A stretch of 63,990 bases of DNA, the filler included, from Pirum gemmata (Eukaryota): NCBI GenBank assembly GCA_002812295.1. It is 30 parts of 30 records of this genome, joined end to end, with 100 filler letters (N's around TTAATTAATTAA, not from the genome) between each part and the next. Parts side by side here need not be neighbours in the genome. Positions count along the whole stretch, not along the records: positions 51,034 to 52,914 come from PDIN01010377.1; positions 53,015 to 54,922 come from PDIN01010378.1; positions 55,023 to 56,894 come from PDIN01010379.1; positions 56,995 to 58,902 come from PDIN01010380.1; positions 59,003 to 60,891 come from PDIN01010381.1; positions 60,992 to 62,864 come from PDIN01010382.1; positions 62,965 to 63,990 come from PDIN01010459.1; 23 more parts are not named here. One strand, 5' to 3'. Numbering within the stretch: the stretch's first letter is position 1; the number at the start of each line of letters is the position of its first letter. A model generated the notes under the pieces. The model saw nothing but the letters and a program-made list of their open reading frames with translations. It was not told the DNA's origin and did not search any database. Positions 51,242 to 63,990 of the stretch are shown here, piece after piece. The position numbers were made by a program, and so were the translations under genes.

Positions 51242-52398
51242 AACGCCAGTGTATTTTTAACTATGGACATTCAAGAACTGGCTGAGGAACTGACAATGGT
51301 AGCCTTTCCACTTTTCTATCCTAGTGTTTCTATCCTAGTGTTTTTATTAATCGTATATTTACTTATTTAGCTGTATTGTTTTATTTCAATTTTGATATTG
51401 CAATATTTGTTATATTTTTAAAAAAATGTATTTATTTGTTTATTTATTATTCTTTCTGCTATTTGATTTTTATAAACTTGTATTATCATTACACACACAT
51501 ATNNNNNNNNNNNNNNNNNNNNNNNNNNNNNNNNNNNNNNNNNNNNNNNNNNNNNNNNNNNNNNNNNNNNNNATTATTATTTTATTCCACCACTTATAAT
51601 TATATATTATCATGCTACTCAGATCGATTGGGAACTTTTTAAAGCTGTAGATTCAACCGAATTTGTAAATAATTTATGGAACAATAAATCAAAAAATCTT
51701 TATTCCAATTTAATAAGATTAACAGAGAAAATCAATGAGGTTAATACCAGTCTACTACTAAAAACTATTTTGATAATTTTATATCATTATTGTGTTTGGT
51801 GTTGTTTGCTATCAGGGTGTACTTGTTTTATGTATTATTAACAAATGTTGTTTAATTTGATTTTCTTTAATGATTCAAATCCCTCTTTAATTGTAAATTA
51901 CTTTGCAGTGTACTTTTTGGGTTGCCACAGAAGTCTGTACAGAAAAGGACTTTCAAAAACGTGTGAAAATAATTACACAGGTTATCAAACTAGCTGGTAT
52001 TCTTCACGAGATGAATAACTTTTTAACTTTATGGGGAGTTTTAGGTGCGATTTTTTATATCTTGCTATTTTTTACATCTTAAATTAACCCTTTATTTATA
52101 ACTAAGAATTCATATAATTTTCTTTACGGGTTATTATGAAAATTAGAAAGACATGAAATTGGTCAATAGTGGGATATAAAGTAATAACTACTCTGCTTTT
52201 CGAAAAATATTCAGTTACTCGTCTTCTAAGCCACTTTTGTATATTCTAATTGAAATTCAACTAAACTTTAAATACCATTTCTCTTAAAATTTATAATATT
52301 AGGTGGCCTTGGTATGTTAGGAATCAAAGAATTATCAAAAACTTGGGAAGTAAGTCATTTTGTGTCATTTTTTTATTATGGATTTTTTTTTTACCTCT

Positions 52399-52464
<66 letters not shown>

Positions 52465-52863
52465 ATGGATCAAGTTACTTTATGAAATCTTTTTATTATT
52501 ATTTATTTTTACCTCTTTTGGTTTTATTGGTTTTTAGGGTCTCAACCCAAAAGTACTCGAAGATTACAAAAACTTAGAAGAATTTCTTGATCCAACACGG
52601 AATATGAAAAATTACAGGCAAAATTTAGAGCTTTCCAACCTGCCTCTTATGCCTTTTATACCTGTTTGTGTGAAAGATTTGTTCATGTTAAATGAGTCTT
52701 CACCTACATACACTGAAGGCAGAGTTAACTTTGATAAGTTAACTCAAGTTAGTGCGGTTATTAAAGAAATTAAATCCTATCAATCGACCCCTTACACTTT
52801 TGAAGTAAGCAATCGCAAACGTGAGGTTTTGGTAAAATCTCGGAAAAACGTTATTAATAGTAG
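51242..52863 (+). CDS. RasGEF (CDC25) catalytic domain, Rap-GEF-like; exons 51242-51298, 51623-51739, 51909-52044, 52303-52349, and 52538-52804 or 52863
   Basis: All junctions are GT-AG and phase-compatible. Motifs: ELAEELTM|IDWELF, FWVATEVC, MNNF, TWE, DPTRNMKNYR, PFIPVCVKDL, VNFDKL. Confidence 0.92.
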
Positions 52864-53309
52864 GTAAACAAAAAAAGTAAAAGAAAAACAAGTTATTATT
52901 AATTATTATTATTANNNNNNNNNNNNNNNNNNNNNNNNNNNNNNNNNNNNNNNNNNNNTTAATTAATTAANNNNNNNNNNNNNNNNNNNNNNNNNNNNNN
53001 NNNNNNNNNNNNNNTTATTATTAATATTATATTATTATTATTATATATTTTATATTACCATAACCTATAGCTATTAATAAATTTAAACAAATAAATAAAT
53101 ATTAATATAAATATAAATAAAAAGTATTACAGTTTGATTAAAACATGTTTGATTAAAACATGTCTGATAGTTTAACCATAATAATAATTTTGTAAGTTTA
53201 GTTCAATTTTTGAACTGAACAACACTATTGAAAAACACAATAATAGCAAAGTGATAATAACCTTGACTCATTCCAAACCTTTACAATATCAGTGGAAGTT
53301 TTTCTAGCT

Positions 53310-53512
53310 ATGATTGAAAATTTCAAACCTATTAAATACCTATTATTACATTACTTATTTTCGAACACTGAAAATTATAGTGAAATCCAAAAGTTGGTCG
53401 TTTTTACATTATTTTCATCATTGTTTGATATGATAGAAAAACCAAAAACTATGATGAAAACAATTTAAAGCCGTCCAACTTTTGGACTTTACTAAAATTT
53501 TTAATTTTCGAA
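53310..53512. mobile_element. Fold-back repeat element
   Basis: Imperfect inverted arms at 53360-53420 and 53452-53512. Its left part recurs reversed at about 13310-13385 and 42693-42765. Confidence 0.65.
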
Positions 53513-56394
53513 TATAACTAATTTAATTTTTCAAACATTAGTGAATTTCTAGGTTTGAACTGGTAGGAAATTTCCAAGCATGAAAAAAAAAAGGTGAGAC
53601 TTTTAATTAGTCATTAACCCTAACCCTAACCCTACCCCTTGACGTTAATAATTTCCGGTCAAATACCGCCTACCTACCTACCCCTTGACGTGACGGGGTT
53701 AGTTATATAATTTTTTATATATTAGGTAAGATATGTGGCTATTATCCAATAGGAAGGCCTAAATTCATCAATTTTGGTGAGGTGGTTATAATAATTAATT
53801 TTCATTTGTTTATTAGATGAAAGTATTAAAAAACCCTTTATAAAGCAATTCTTTTACAAATATCATATTTATTATTGGCTTATTTTTTTGAGACAGATTT
53901 CATACTGTGTTTTTGTTGTTGTACAGCCCAGTTAACAGTTAGTTTTTTTAAAAAGTTGTTGTGGGTGTACTTGTTGTTGTTTGTTGTTGTTGTTTGTTGT
54001 TTGTTGTTGTTGTTGTTGTTGTTTGTTGTTGTTTGTTGTTGTTTGTTGTTGTTGTTGTTGTTTGTTTGTTTGGTTGTTTGGTTGTTTGGTTGTTTGGTTG
54101 TTTGGTTGTTTGGTTGTTTGGTTGATTGGTTGCTTGGTTGTTTGGTTGTTTGGTTGTTTTGGTTGTTTGGTTGTGTGTTGTTACTGTTGTTGTTGTTGTT
54201 GTTGTTGTTGTTGCTGTTGTTAGGAATAGGTGGTGTGATGGATAGTTTTGTAATCAATACCTTTAAATTTTTTGATTAATATTGAACATTAACTTTTGTA
54301 CTTTATATGGTTAGAGTTTAGGATTGGGATTAGGTTTTGGGGTTAAAGTTTGGGTTTAGGATTTAGGGTTAGAGTAAAGGTCACAAACCAACAACCCTTG
54401 CTATGACTAGTAGTAGAGTACAATCATATAGTTAGTATTAATGTTGGTTCTTTAAGTTTAGCTAGTAATCTCGTCTACCCTAACCCTAACCCTAAACCCT
54501 AACCATAACCCTAACCTTAACCCTAACCCTAACCCTAACCCTAACCCTAACCCTGCTATGAAAATGATGATTAGTATAAGATAAGTATAAATAAAGATTG
54601 TAAAAGTCATGTAATACGAAAAAAAAAGAAAGTGTGTAGTTGATATATTATTATGATTTTATTAGAATCCTAACTTCTTTAGTTTTTTTTTTTGTTTTTG
54701 TACAGATAAAACTGTGGAAATCAATTTTTTTTTTTTTTTAAAAACAAATAAAACTGTGGAAATCAATTTTTTTTTTAAAAAAAAGATAAAAATGTTGAAA
54801 TCAATTTTTTTTTTTAGACTTCGTTTCTTAAAAACTTTTTTTAAAATTATAGCTAGCCAAATTATTTTAAAAAATTACCATTGGTTCAGTTAAGAGTTTT
54901 TTTTTAGTTAAATATATATATANNNNNNNNNNNNNNNNNNNNNNNNNNNNNNNNNNNNNNNNNNNNTTAATTAATTAANNNNNNNNNNNNNNNNNNNNNN
55001 NNNNNNNNNNNNNNNNNNNNNNTAGTAATAATAATAATAATAATAATAATACCACCGCCACTATTCGCTTATAACACCCACTTCAAATGCGTCATGTTTT
55101 TTCCCATACGAATTAACCAAATAAACAAAACACAAATACTAATTTACATTTCAAGTTTGACGTAAGAATCACCCCCAAATGAAAGGATCACTGTAACTAA
55201 TGAAATTAGAGAATACATTCCGATTATTTATTTATTTATTTATTTATTTAATTCGGAATATATTCTATAATTATTGGTTGTTTATCCTATGCTTATGTAG
55301 ACATTAGGTCTTGATATGTAGCTATTAGGAAGTGCGGTATATATATATATATGGAAAGGGCCGAAAGACCCACATCTGGTTCCATATATATATATAGACT
55401 CTTTTTTGGCATAATATTCAGTTTGAACTGAATATGGTACCTTTTTCAATTATGCCTAATATGGTACCTCTGGTTCTATCTATTATGCCTGAAATTATGG
55501 GGTAAATTATGGCCTTTTGTGCCTGAATTTGCTCATATTCACTAAATTACGTCATTATTCAGTTTAATTAGTAGGTCCAAATATGGGTATATTCAGTTTT
55601 TTGCAAATTTTGGTGCCATCTTTGGTACTTTTACTACTAATATTCACTTTTTTTCTTTCATATTCACCTGCTTTTGATGATTTGACTGCTTAATTTGGTC
55701 ATTTCATAAATTACTAAAAATGTGATAATATTCAGAATTTTTTCCTCTGTTTTTTCCAATTTTTGGTACCTTATTTGGTACTTTTGCTACTAATGTTCAC
55801 TTTTTTTTAATAATATTTACCTTATTTTGGAAATTTTACTTCTAAATTTGGGCTTTTATTATATTTTGGTATTTATTATAATTATTATAAACAAAAACTA
55901 CCCATTCTAAAAAGGGTATAATAATACAATTTTGCCCATGATTTTACTTTGGTATTACTTTTTTCCGGGGTTCGGCCCTTGACTCGGAACTGGTTAGGTA
56001 TTCGTTCGATCAATGATTCGGTCTAGGTTCAGTCTATTTTTTAGGAAATATATGTTCGGTTTATTATTTCGAATTTGGTCGGATTTGGTCGGATTTTACG
56101 TTGGTACCAATATTATGATTATTATGCTTTTTCCACGGTTGTCATCCCTTTGTTACTTTTTTACTCATATTCACTTTTTTTCTCTTATATTCACTCATAT
56201 TCACTCATATTCACTTTTTTTTATTAATAAACACTCTATAACATCGGTCATGGTTTGTTCAGGATTTCTAAGGCTAGCTACCTCTATATAATTAAGCTTA
56301 CATAGTCTATTATTTGTTACTTTTCTTGCTTATATTCACTTTTTTTTAAGCATATTCACTTGTAGTTGGTACTTTTGACGTATTAGATTTAGAT

Positions 56395-56894
56395 AATAAA
56401 AACTAGTAACTAGCCATATATAATAAAATCTAGTAGCTAGCTACGTATATATATTAAAAACTAGTAGACTAGCTAGCCATAATATAATAAAAACTAGTAG
56501 CTAGCTACGTATATATAATAAAAACTAGTAGACTAGCTAGCCATAATATAATAAAAACCAGCAGCTAGCCATATATAATAAAAACTAGTAGGTAGCCATA
56601 TATAATAAAAACTAGTATGATAATAANCGTATATATAATAAAAACTAGTAGACTAGCTAGCCATAAGATATATAATAAAAACTAGTAGGTAGCCATATAT
56701 AATAAAAACTAGTAATAATAAAAACTAGTAGCTAGCCATATACCGTACATATAATAAAAACTAGTAGCTAGCTACGTATATATAATAAAAACTAGTAGAC
56801 TAGCTAGCCATAATATAAATAAAAACCAGCAGCTAGACATATATAATAAAAACTAGTAGCCATATATAATAAAAACTAGTAGCTAGCCATATAT
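56395..56894 (+). repeat. Irregular satellite of ATATATAATAAAAACTAGTAGCTAGCC units
   Basis: Seen directly; about 20 units of variable length. Confidence 0.9.
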
Positions 56895-57024
56895 NNNNNN
56901 NNNNNNNNNNNNNNNNNNNNNNNNNNNNNNNNNNNNNNTTAATTAATTAANNNNNNNNNNNNNNNNNNNNNNNNNNNNNNNNNNNNNNNNNNNNTAATAC
57001 CAATACTAATAATAATAACAATAC

Positions 57025-57055
<31 letters not shown>

Positions 57056-57083
57056 TAATAATAATAATAAATAAATAACATAC

Positions 57084-58824
57084 CCTCACTGTCGCTCATC
57101 GAACTTTCTTCAGTGTCATTACAACCTACAAACGATATTTATTAAAAAAAAAAAGAATACATACGAATATGAGGGTAAACAAATATAGAACAACAAAATA
57201 ACGCAAAGTGGAAACTACATCTATAGGTAGCGTAGTTTACGTTGCTCTAACAATAAGGAAAATAAATAACAAGAGTAAGCAATCTAAAATACAGTACAAA
57301 ATTACATCCTCTTCAAAGACAATTTTAGAACCAAATTTTTTTAGAAGATGAAACAGTCAACCAGGTTAAAAATAACCATTTAACTTACACCTACCTACAA
57401 CAATTGTAATGATTACCTTAACCCTGACTCTAACCCTAACCCAAACCCAAAAACAAACCCAAACCCTAACCTTGACCCTGACACTAACCCTAACCCTAAC
57501 TCTAACCCTAACCCTGACCCTAACCCTGGTCATGGCCCTAGCCCGGCTCTAGTCCTAGCGTTAACCTTAACCTTAACCTTAATCCTAACCCTATTAACCC
57601 TAACCCTAACCCTAACCCTAACCCTAACCCTAACCCTAACCGTAACCGTAACCCTTACCCTAACCCAACCCTAACCCTAACCCTAACCCTAACCCTAACC
57701 CTAACCCTTTTTTTTTATTTTTTATAAAGAAGCAAATTGAGAAACTATAAAAAAAAAACACTTACCATTGTCAAAATCATCATCTGACTCCAACTCAATA
57801 ACTTCCTTTTTACTTTTATTTCTCCGAGAATTAACCTTGTGCTCCTTTGACTTTTTCTTTTCTTTTTTCTTTGACTTGCCCTCATCCAATATGGCAATAG
57901 CAGTATTAATATCGTATTCGCTAGCGATGAGCGTCGCGTTTAAACTCTCCTGATCAATACTTGGGTACATTTCTCGTAGTTTCTGAATTATGTTCTCATC
58001 TGTAACACTATCATTATCGTCATCACTAACAGACATGTAAGAGGCTTGATTTTTCCTGTTGGGTTTATGGATATTTACTTCATCATCATCGGTTTCTTCG
58101 TCATCGTCATCAACAATCCGACTACCTAAATGTATAAATTAATTTATTTTATGTTAGTCTGTATTGTAGAGAAGTCGGTAAGTTTAATAATTATTCATAA
58201 TATTTCTTCGGGTGTATTAAAATATATTCAACGTCACACACTATAATTAAATCAATTTTCATTTAAAACTTATCCCTTCGTTGTTGAGACCCCAAAGAAT
58301 CTAATATATCAACACTTCAATGTTACAATACTGACCATAATGAGATATTGTAATGGTAAGCTTTGTACTGTTTCCTTCTCGAATATGTTATTATATGTTA
58401 CCAAAGTACGGAATATAACAAACACGGCCATAAAGTCAAATTCAATTATTACTTTTAAACTTTAAACAAATGACCGTTTGACCTTTCGAGGAACATTTAA
58501 GTTGTTAGCTTCTTGTTTTCAATCATCACTAATAATATGACAACAACGATAACACCGACAAAAACTGCAACAACAATATATTGTAACAAGAATTCGAAAC
58601 AAAAGAAAGTGTTTTTAAACCCCATTAATTAAAAAAACGGGAATCACAAAAACTTAAATATAGTTACCTCTAGAACTACTGGGTTTATTTTTCGAATATT
58701 GGTAATTATGGTCCGAATTAGAATCCGAGTCTGAATCAATCGTGATGCACAACTTGTTTCTTTTCGGATGTTTGCTCAAACTATCGTTTTTCTCAATTAT
58801 TGATTTATTTGCATGACCGGGTTC
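57084..58824 (-). CDS. Partial spliced gene: acidic/Lys-rich protein with a CUE ubiquitin-binding domain; exons 58824-58668, 58125-57766, 57125-57084
   Basis: Phase-1 junctions are compatible. IQKLREMYPSIDQESLNATLIASEYDINTAIAIL matches the CUE pattern (MFP...L...D-x-x-x-A-I-x-x-L). Confidence 0.75.
57416..57706 (-). repeat. Telomere-type array inside an intron of the CUE-domain gene
   Basis: It lies between the donor at 57765 and the acceptor at 57126. Confidence 0.88.
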
Positions 58825-59080
58825 CTATGAAAATAAACATGATGGTATAATGGTGATAGTGATGAATGTCAGCAGTTACTGCTTGTTGGAATATATATAT
58901 ATNNNNNNNNNNNNNNNNNNNNNNNNNNNNNNNNNNNNNNNNNNNNTTAATTAATTAANNNNNNNNNNNNNNNNNNNNNNNNNNNNNNNNNNNNNNNNNN
59001 NNAATAATGATAATGATAATAATGATAATAAAACTGGTACAAACAAAACAAAATGCAACACAAAAAAAGTACAAACAAAC

Positions 59081-60596
59081 CTGGAAATTAGCAGGATAAA
59101 TCACTTCGTTTGAATTAGCAACATTTGCTACGTACGTTTTATGAACTACAACAGAACTCGCTTCAATTTGATTTATACCGTCTGCATCAAACCCGATTGT
59201 TCCGAAAAATGTTTCTTCATTTAAATTATCCATCGCATTACTAATACAGGTATACCATGGGCCGTTATTATCAGTGTCGTAGTTATTACAACCCCCTTCT
59301 TCGATAGCCATTTGGTACATCATGGCTGAGATAATGGAAGAAGCGTGAACAAAATTGGGATTAATATTTTCTGTGTTAATACTAGAATTTACAAATAATG
59401 AAAGAAACTGATCATTTGTTCCCATCCAACGTGAATCCCCATTACGTGGAAGCTCATAATTGTATACTGCAGTAGTAATAAAACCATCTAAACCTATTAC
59501 CGCATAGTTTTCTTCAGCTGTATCCTGTACAACCCAGAACGCTTTCGGGGCTACGAAACCATCGTGAAAAGCAGGCATGATTGTGTCCAAGTACCTTTTT
59601 TCTCCGGTATAAATAACAACATCCGGGTCTAATAAGGCCAACCTCTCTGCTTGTGCAAGCAAACTTTCAACATCAGGATCTACATTTCCTTCGGCATCAC
59701 CCACCAAGATAATTTCTTCATTAACAATAGAATCAAACGAGTCTTGATTTCTGTCGATGTACTCCTGTAACAAACTATTATAATTTAACCCGTGTAGACC
59801 ATGACCTGTAGGTGTAATAATAACAAATGATCTAGCACCCAAACTCAACAGTAATTCAAAAGTTGGATCTACCAATTCTTCAATATCCTTTGTTGGGGTC
59901 CAGAACCTAGGTGTTTCTGTTTTGTTGAAATCTGCACGATGAACAAAGGCACCCCCGACAAGAGGGATATTGAATTCTTTTGTGACAGCAGCAAATGTGG
60001 GAGCACGAACAGTACCTTGTGGTGCAAGAAATAGATCACATTCCGTTACGTTATCAATCCTATCTCTCAATTCTTGAGCATTTGCAAGAGCAATTACTTC
60101 ATCCGAAACTAGAGAACCTCCAGCACAAGCTGTGCCACCGTCAAAGTATTTCATTTCAATCTATTTGAAATTGAAATTATGGGTTAGGCTGGTCAGGATA
60201 AGGGTTAGGGTTTGGATTGGATTGAATTAATCGGCAATTAATGATGGAATGTTGATAATAAATGTATGGTGTTCCTTAGGTTGGGATGAAGTGTGGATAT
60301 CTAAAAATAAAATAGTGATTGATCACAAGTGATAAATCATGATTATAAAAATATGAATCACAGAATATAATATATATTACTTTAAAAGTTGTGTTTCCAC
60401 CGTCAGTGGACTTGAAATTTCCATCGTTTGCCCACTCTTGATAAATATTTAATGCCATTTGAGCCTGTAGATCCTCTTCATAAAAAATACTCGGAGTTTG
60501 ATCGAGAATAATACACATTTTTATAGTATGCTCTTCCGAATTTGATAGGGCTATCATGCCCGTCAATAGTAGGAGTGAAATGGCATTTTTAACCAT
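59081..60596 (-). CDS. Signal peptide plus type-1 periplasmic-binding-protein (Venus flytrap/LivJ-like) ectodomain; exons 60596-60381 and 60160-59081; gene continues beyond the fragment
   Basis: Phase-0 join NTTFK|IEMKYFD. Motifs: DLFLAP, DPDVVIYTG, ETFFGTIGFDADGIN, VIYP. A CAG|GTTTGT donor is at 59080. Confidence 0.8.
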
Positions 60597-60993
60597 TTTT
60601 TAAAATCAATTATATTTCCTTTCCCTTTTAACTCGTTTGTTTTTCGTTTTGGTTTTGGTTTTGGTTTTGGCTTGGTTTTGGTTTTCGTTTTGGTTTTCGT
60701 TTTGGTTTATTTTTATTTTGCTTTTTTTAAGTGTTTTACAATTAGCTTTTTCTTTTTTTGAAAATAAAACGATTTATCCTTTTCGCTTATTTTAAATTTA
60801 AAATATACTTCTTTATCACTTATGTGTTCTTGTAAAATAATAATAGTGAAAAATAAAAAAATCTGTATAATAATAATAATAATAATAATAANNNNNNNNN
60901 NNNNNNNNNNNNNNNNNNNNNNNNNNNNNNNNNNNTTAATTAATTAANNNNNNNNNNNNNNNNNNNNNNNNNNNNNNNNNNNNNNNNNNNNAT

Positions 60994-62722
60994 AATAATA
61001 ATAATAATAGTGCTAATATTAATACTAATACTCCTACCATTGCTACTGCTGCTACTACGACCAATAATAATGATAATAATAACAACAATGATAATAATAG
61101 TTCTAAAGGTTCAAACGTTGATAGTAACGTAGTTATGAGCAAAACTAAACCTATTAAAAGTGTTTTAATTAAAGATTTTGATAATAACAATCATGGTAAT
61201 CACGGTAATAACACTGTTGAGGTTGTTGTTGGTGGTAAAAGTGTAGTTAATAATAATAATAATAATACGAATAGTATTAATAATGAAAAGAATGAAGAAC
61301 ATAGTGTTTTAAAAAATAATCAAATTGATGATCTTAATAATATTGTTGATTGCAGTAATAGTGGTGATAACAATAATAAAAATGCTAATAATAGTAAGTA
61401 TAATAATGTTTGCATTAGTAGTAGTAATCTCAATAGTAATAATAATAGTAGTGATAGTAATAGTAGTGATAGGAATGGTAATTGTGATAGGAATAGTAAT
61501 AGTAATAGTGATAGTAATAGCAATAGTAATAGTAATAATAATAGTAATAATAATAGTAATAGTAATAGTAATAGTAATAGTATTAGTATTAGTAATAGTA
61601 ATAGTAATAGTAATAGTAATAGTAATAGTAATANNNNNNNNNNNNNNNNNNNNNNNNNNNNNNNNNNNNNNNNNNNNNNNNNNNNNNNNNNNNNNNNNNN
61701 NNNNNNNNNNNNNNNNNNNNNNNNNNNNNNNNNNNNNNNNNNNNNNNNNNNNNNNNNNNNNNNNNNNNNNNNNNNNNNNNNNNNNNNNNNNNNNNNNNNN
61801 NNNNNNNNNNNNNNNNNNNNNNNNNNTAATAGCAATAGTAATAGTTATAGTAATAGTAATAGTAATAGTAATAGTAATAGTAATAGTAATAGTAATAGTA
61901 ATAGTAATAGTAATAGTAATAGTAATAGTAATGATAATGATAACAGTAATAGTACTGGTAACAGTGACAGAAATTGTAATAATAGGAATGTTAATAATGG
62001 CTGTGATGATAATAACAATAACAATCATGTTAATATTAATATTAATGAGAATTATAATGATAATAATGTAAACGATATTGATATTGATAATTTTAACAAA
62101 GGTGATGAGAAGAAGAATAATGACAATAATGCGAATAAAATTATTATCACTGATAAGAATAATGGTAATACTAATAATACTATTGGCTGCAATTCTACTA
62201 ATAATAATAATACTAAGAATACTTCTGATACTATTAGTACTAATAATACTACTAATCCTAATAATACTACTAATACTAATACTACTAATACTAATAATAC
62301 TACTGATACTACTAATACTACTAATACTAATAATACTACTAATACTACTAATACCACTAATACCACTAATACTAGTAATACTACTAATACTAATCATTGT
62401 ACAAGTACTAATATTACCAACACCAACACCAACACTAACTTTAACATTAACGACACTAATAATAATCCTGATACGTTATATAATACCTATAATTTTACTG
62501 CAAATAGTAATAATGATAATGCTAAATTAAATAATAATAATGATGATAATAGTAATATTAATAATGAGTATAGTGTTAGTATTAATAGTAGTTTGAAAAG
62601 AACAGCGACAGAAATCCATGATTGCGATATAATGGCGTCATCCAAACCTGATTTAAACGGAGAGGTTGACGGCGATATTTGCTCAAAAAGGGCCAAAGTA
62701 GATAAAGCTGAAAAATGCAAAG
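60994..62722 (+). CDS. Internal exon of an Asn/Ser/Thr-rich protein ending in basic NLS-like LKRTATE...SKRAKVDK
   Basis: Open on both sides of the internal N gap, with a probable AG|GT donor at 62723. Confidence 0.65.
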
Positions 62723-63190
62723 GTTATTATTATTATTATTATTATTATATATTGTTGCTGTTGCTGTTGTTGTTGCTGTTGTTATTATTGTTTTTTTTAC
62801 CCATTTTTGTTGTTGCTATTGTTGTTGCTACTATTGTTGTTACTATTATTATTTTATTATTATTNNNNNNNNNNNNNNNNNNNNNNNNNNNNNNNNNNNN
62901 NNNNNNNNTTAATTAATTAANNNNNNNNNNNNNNNNNNNNNNNNNNNNNNNNNNNNNNNNNNNNTCATATGCTATTTGTTTATTAATGTTTCACTGCTAA
63001 AATTCGGCTACTACTCTGTTTTTGCTTTTTGTATTATTTGTATTTTTTTTTTTTATTTATACGTGTATGATATTGAGTGGCAATCTTATTATAGTAATTT
63101 CATATATTGTGACTAAACGTGATACTTAGTCTACGCTAACTTTTTTAATAAATTAATGATGACTCTTTTATTAGTCTTTATAGTAAAGAT

Positions 63191-63336
63191 TATCGTGCTT
63201 TTCATTTTATTTATTTGGAGGGTTATAATATTTACATTGACACTTTTAAATAAATATATAGATANATTTATATTGTATTAATTTGGTACTATTTATTGTA
63301 TATTTTATGACGACAAAATAACTGAAAAGCACGATA
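63191..63336. mobile_element. MITE family A copy with perfect 14-bp inverted ends
   Basis: TATCGTGCTTTTCA...TGAAAAGCACGATA. Confidence 0.88.
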
Positions 63337-63689
63337 GTAGTATGATATACTTATATAGATAATAGACTAACCTATATAGTAGTATGATATACTTATATAG
63401 ATAATAGACTAACCTATATAGTAATAAAAGATAGAATCGATAATGCCAGCTCGAATGCCAGCTACAATTTAAATCCTTATCAAAATTTAATTTGTGTCCG
63501 TTCTATTTTTATTTGGTAGTTTAAATTTCAAATTGGTATTTTTTCGTATAGAGAATATAAAAATAGATTTAAAAATATCAAAAATTTTAATACTAATTTC
63601 TTAAATTGTATACAATTTAAAGATTAATTTGGTAAGTTTTGGTAAGTTTTTCAGGACATTCATAGTACATTCATGATTCGAAAAAACGA

Positions 63690-63877
63690 TATCGTCTATT
63701 TCATTACAGTTGTCCTCTCAATCTTTAATTTGGTACTGTTTAAGTGTATAATTGAACTTGTTTATAAAATACAACATTAAGTATAAAATACCAAATTAAT
63801 TAAAACATGTCCGATAATAATAATTTGTACGTTTATTTCAGTTTTTGAACCGAACAACACTATTGAAAAACACGATA
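63690..63877. mobile_element. MITE family B, full-length
   Basis: Homologous to 40119-40333. Confidence 0.8.
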
Positions 63878-63990
63878 GCCTACTAGCTAGAGCTAGTAGC
63901 GGAATCATCCATATAAAAAGGACGCCACCTATTTATTATCTTACCATGCCTCTTTGTCCAAAACACTTTTGGTCATAATTTTAAAGTTCA

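Noticed and set aside
53875..54279. Asn/Gln-rich 125-aa ORF and its antisense ORFs
   Set aside because: Built from TTG and TTGTTTGG repeats that are open in several frames, with no complex coding segment.
1870..62964. TTAATTAATTAA recurring about every 2 kb as a biological periodic element, or gene clustering across fragments
   Set aside because: It is always centred in exactly 44+44 Ns, so it is a synthetic six-frame-stop linker, and neighbouring fragments are unrelated.
1..63990. Transposase, reverse transcriptase, viral, rRNA or tRNA genes
   Set aside because: I recognised none by eye. tRNAscan-SE, Infernal and TBLASTN would be needed to exclude small or divergent ones.

Overview
This is not one locus. 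It is 30 short fragments, mostly about 1.8-2.0 kb, of a very AT-rich eukaryotic draft assembly, joined by 29 identical artificial 100-bp spacers (N44-TTAATTAATTAA-N44), so adjacency across a spacer means nothing biologically. The DNA has GT-AG introns with CTRAY-type branch points, many internal (TTAGGG)n arrays, dense microsatellites and at least eight families of short non-autonomous DNA transposons (MITEs). Most ORFs in the track are microsatellite artefacts. Genes I could reconstruct by hand, mostly partial: a 5-exon RasGEF/CDC25 domain (Rap-GEF-like), a secreted type-1 periplasmic-binding-protein (Venus flytrap) ectodomain, a DUF829/TMEM53-like alpha/beta hydrolase, an RI-like LRR fragment, a CUE-domain protein, a Nup88/Nup82-like beta-propeller fragment, a Cys-rich protein ending in an F-type-lectin-like motif, a probable GPI-anchored secreted protein, a small Cys-rich secreted protein, a possible LPMO C-terminus, a 97-aa transmembrane protein with an NPxY motif, and several Asn/Gln-rich proteins. 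An opisthokont, possibly a unicellular holozoan, is an inference only. I cannot demonstrate a new multi-gene system. The best leads are 31-42 bp micro-elements in (TA)n tracts, MITEs carrying ATGACGTCAT next to one terminal repeat, CTAG-rich tracts resembling transposon footprints, and intronic telomeric arrays. Family assignments are from motif recognition by eye; no searches were run.
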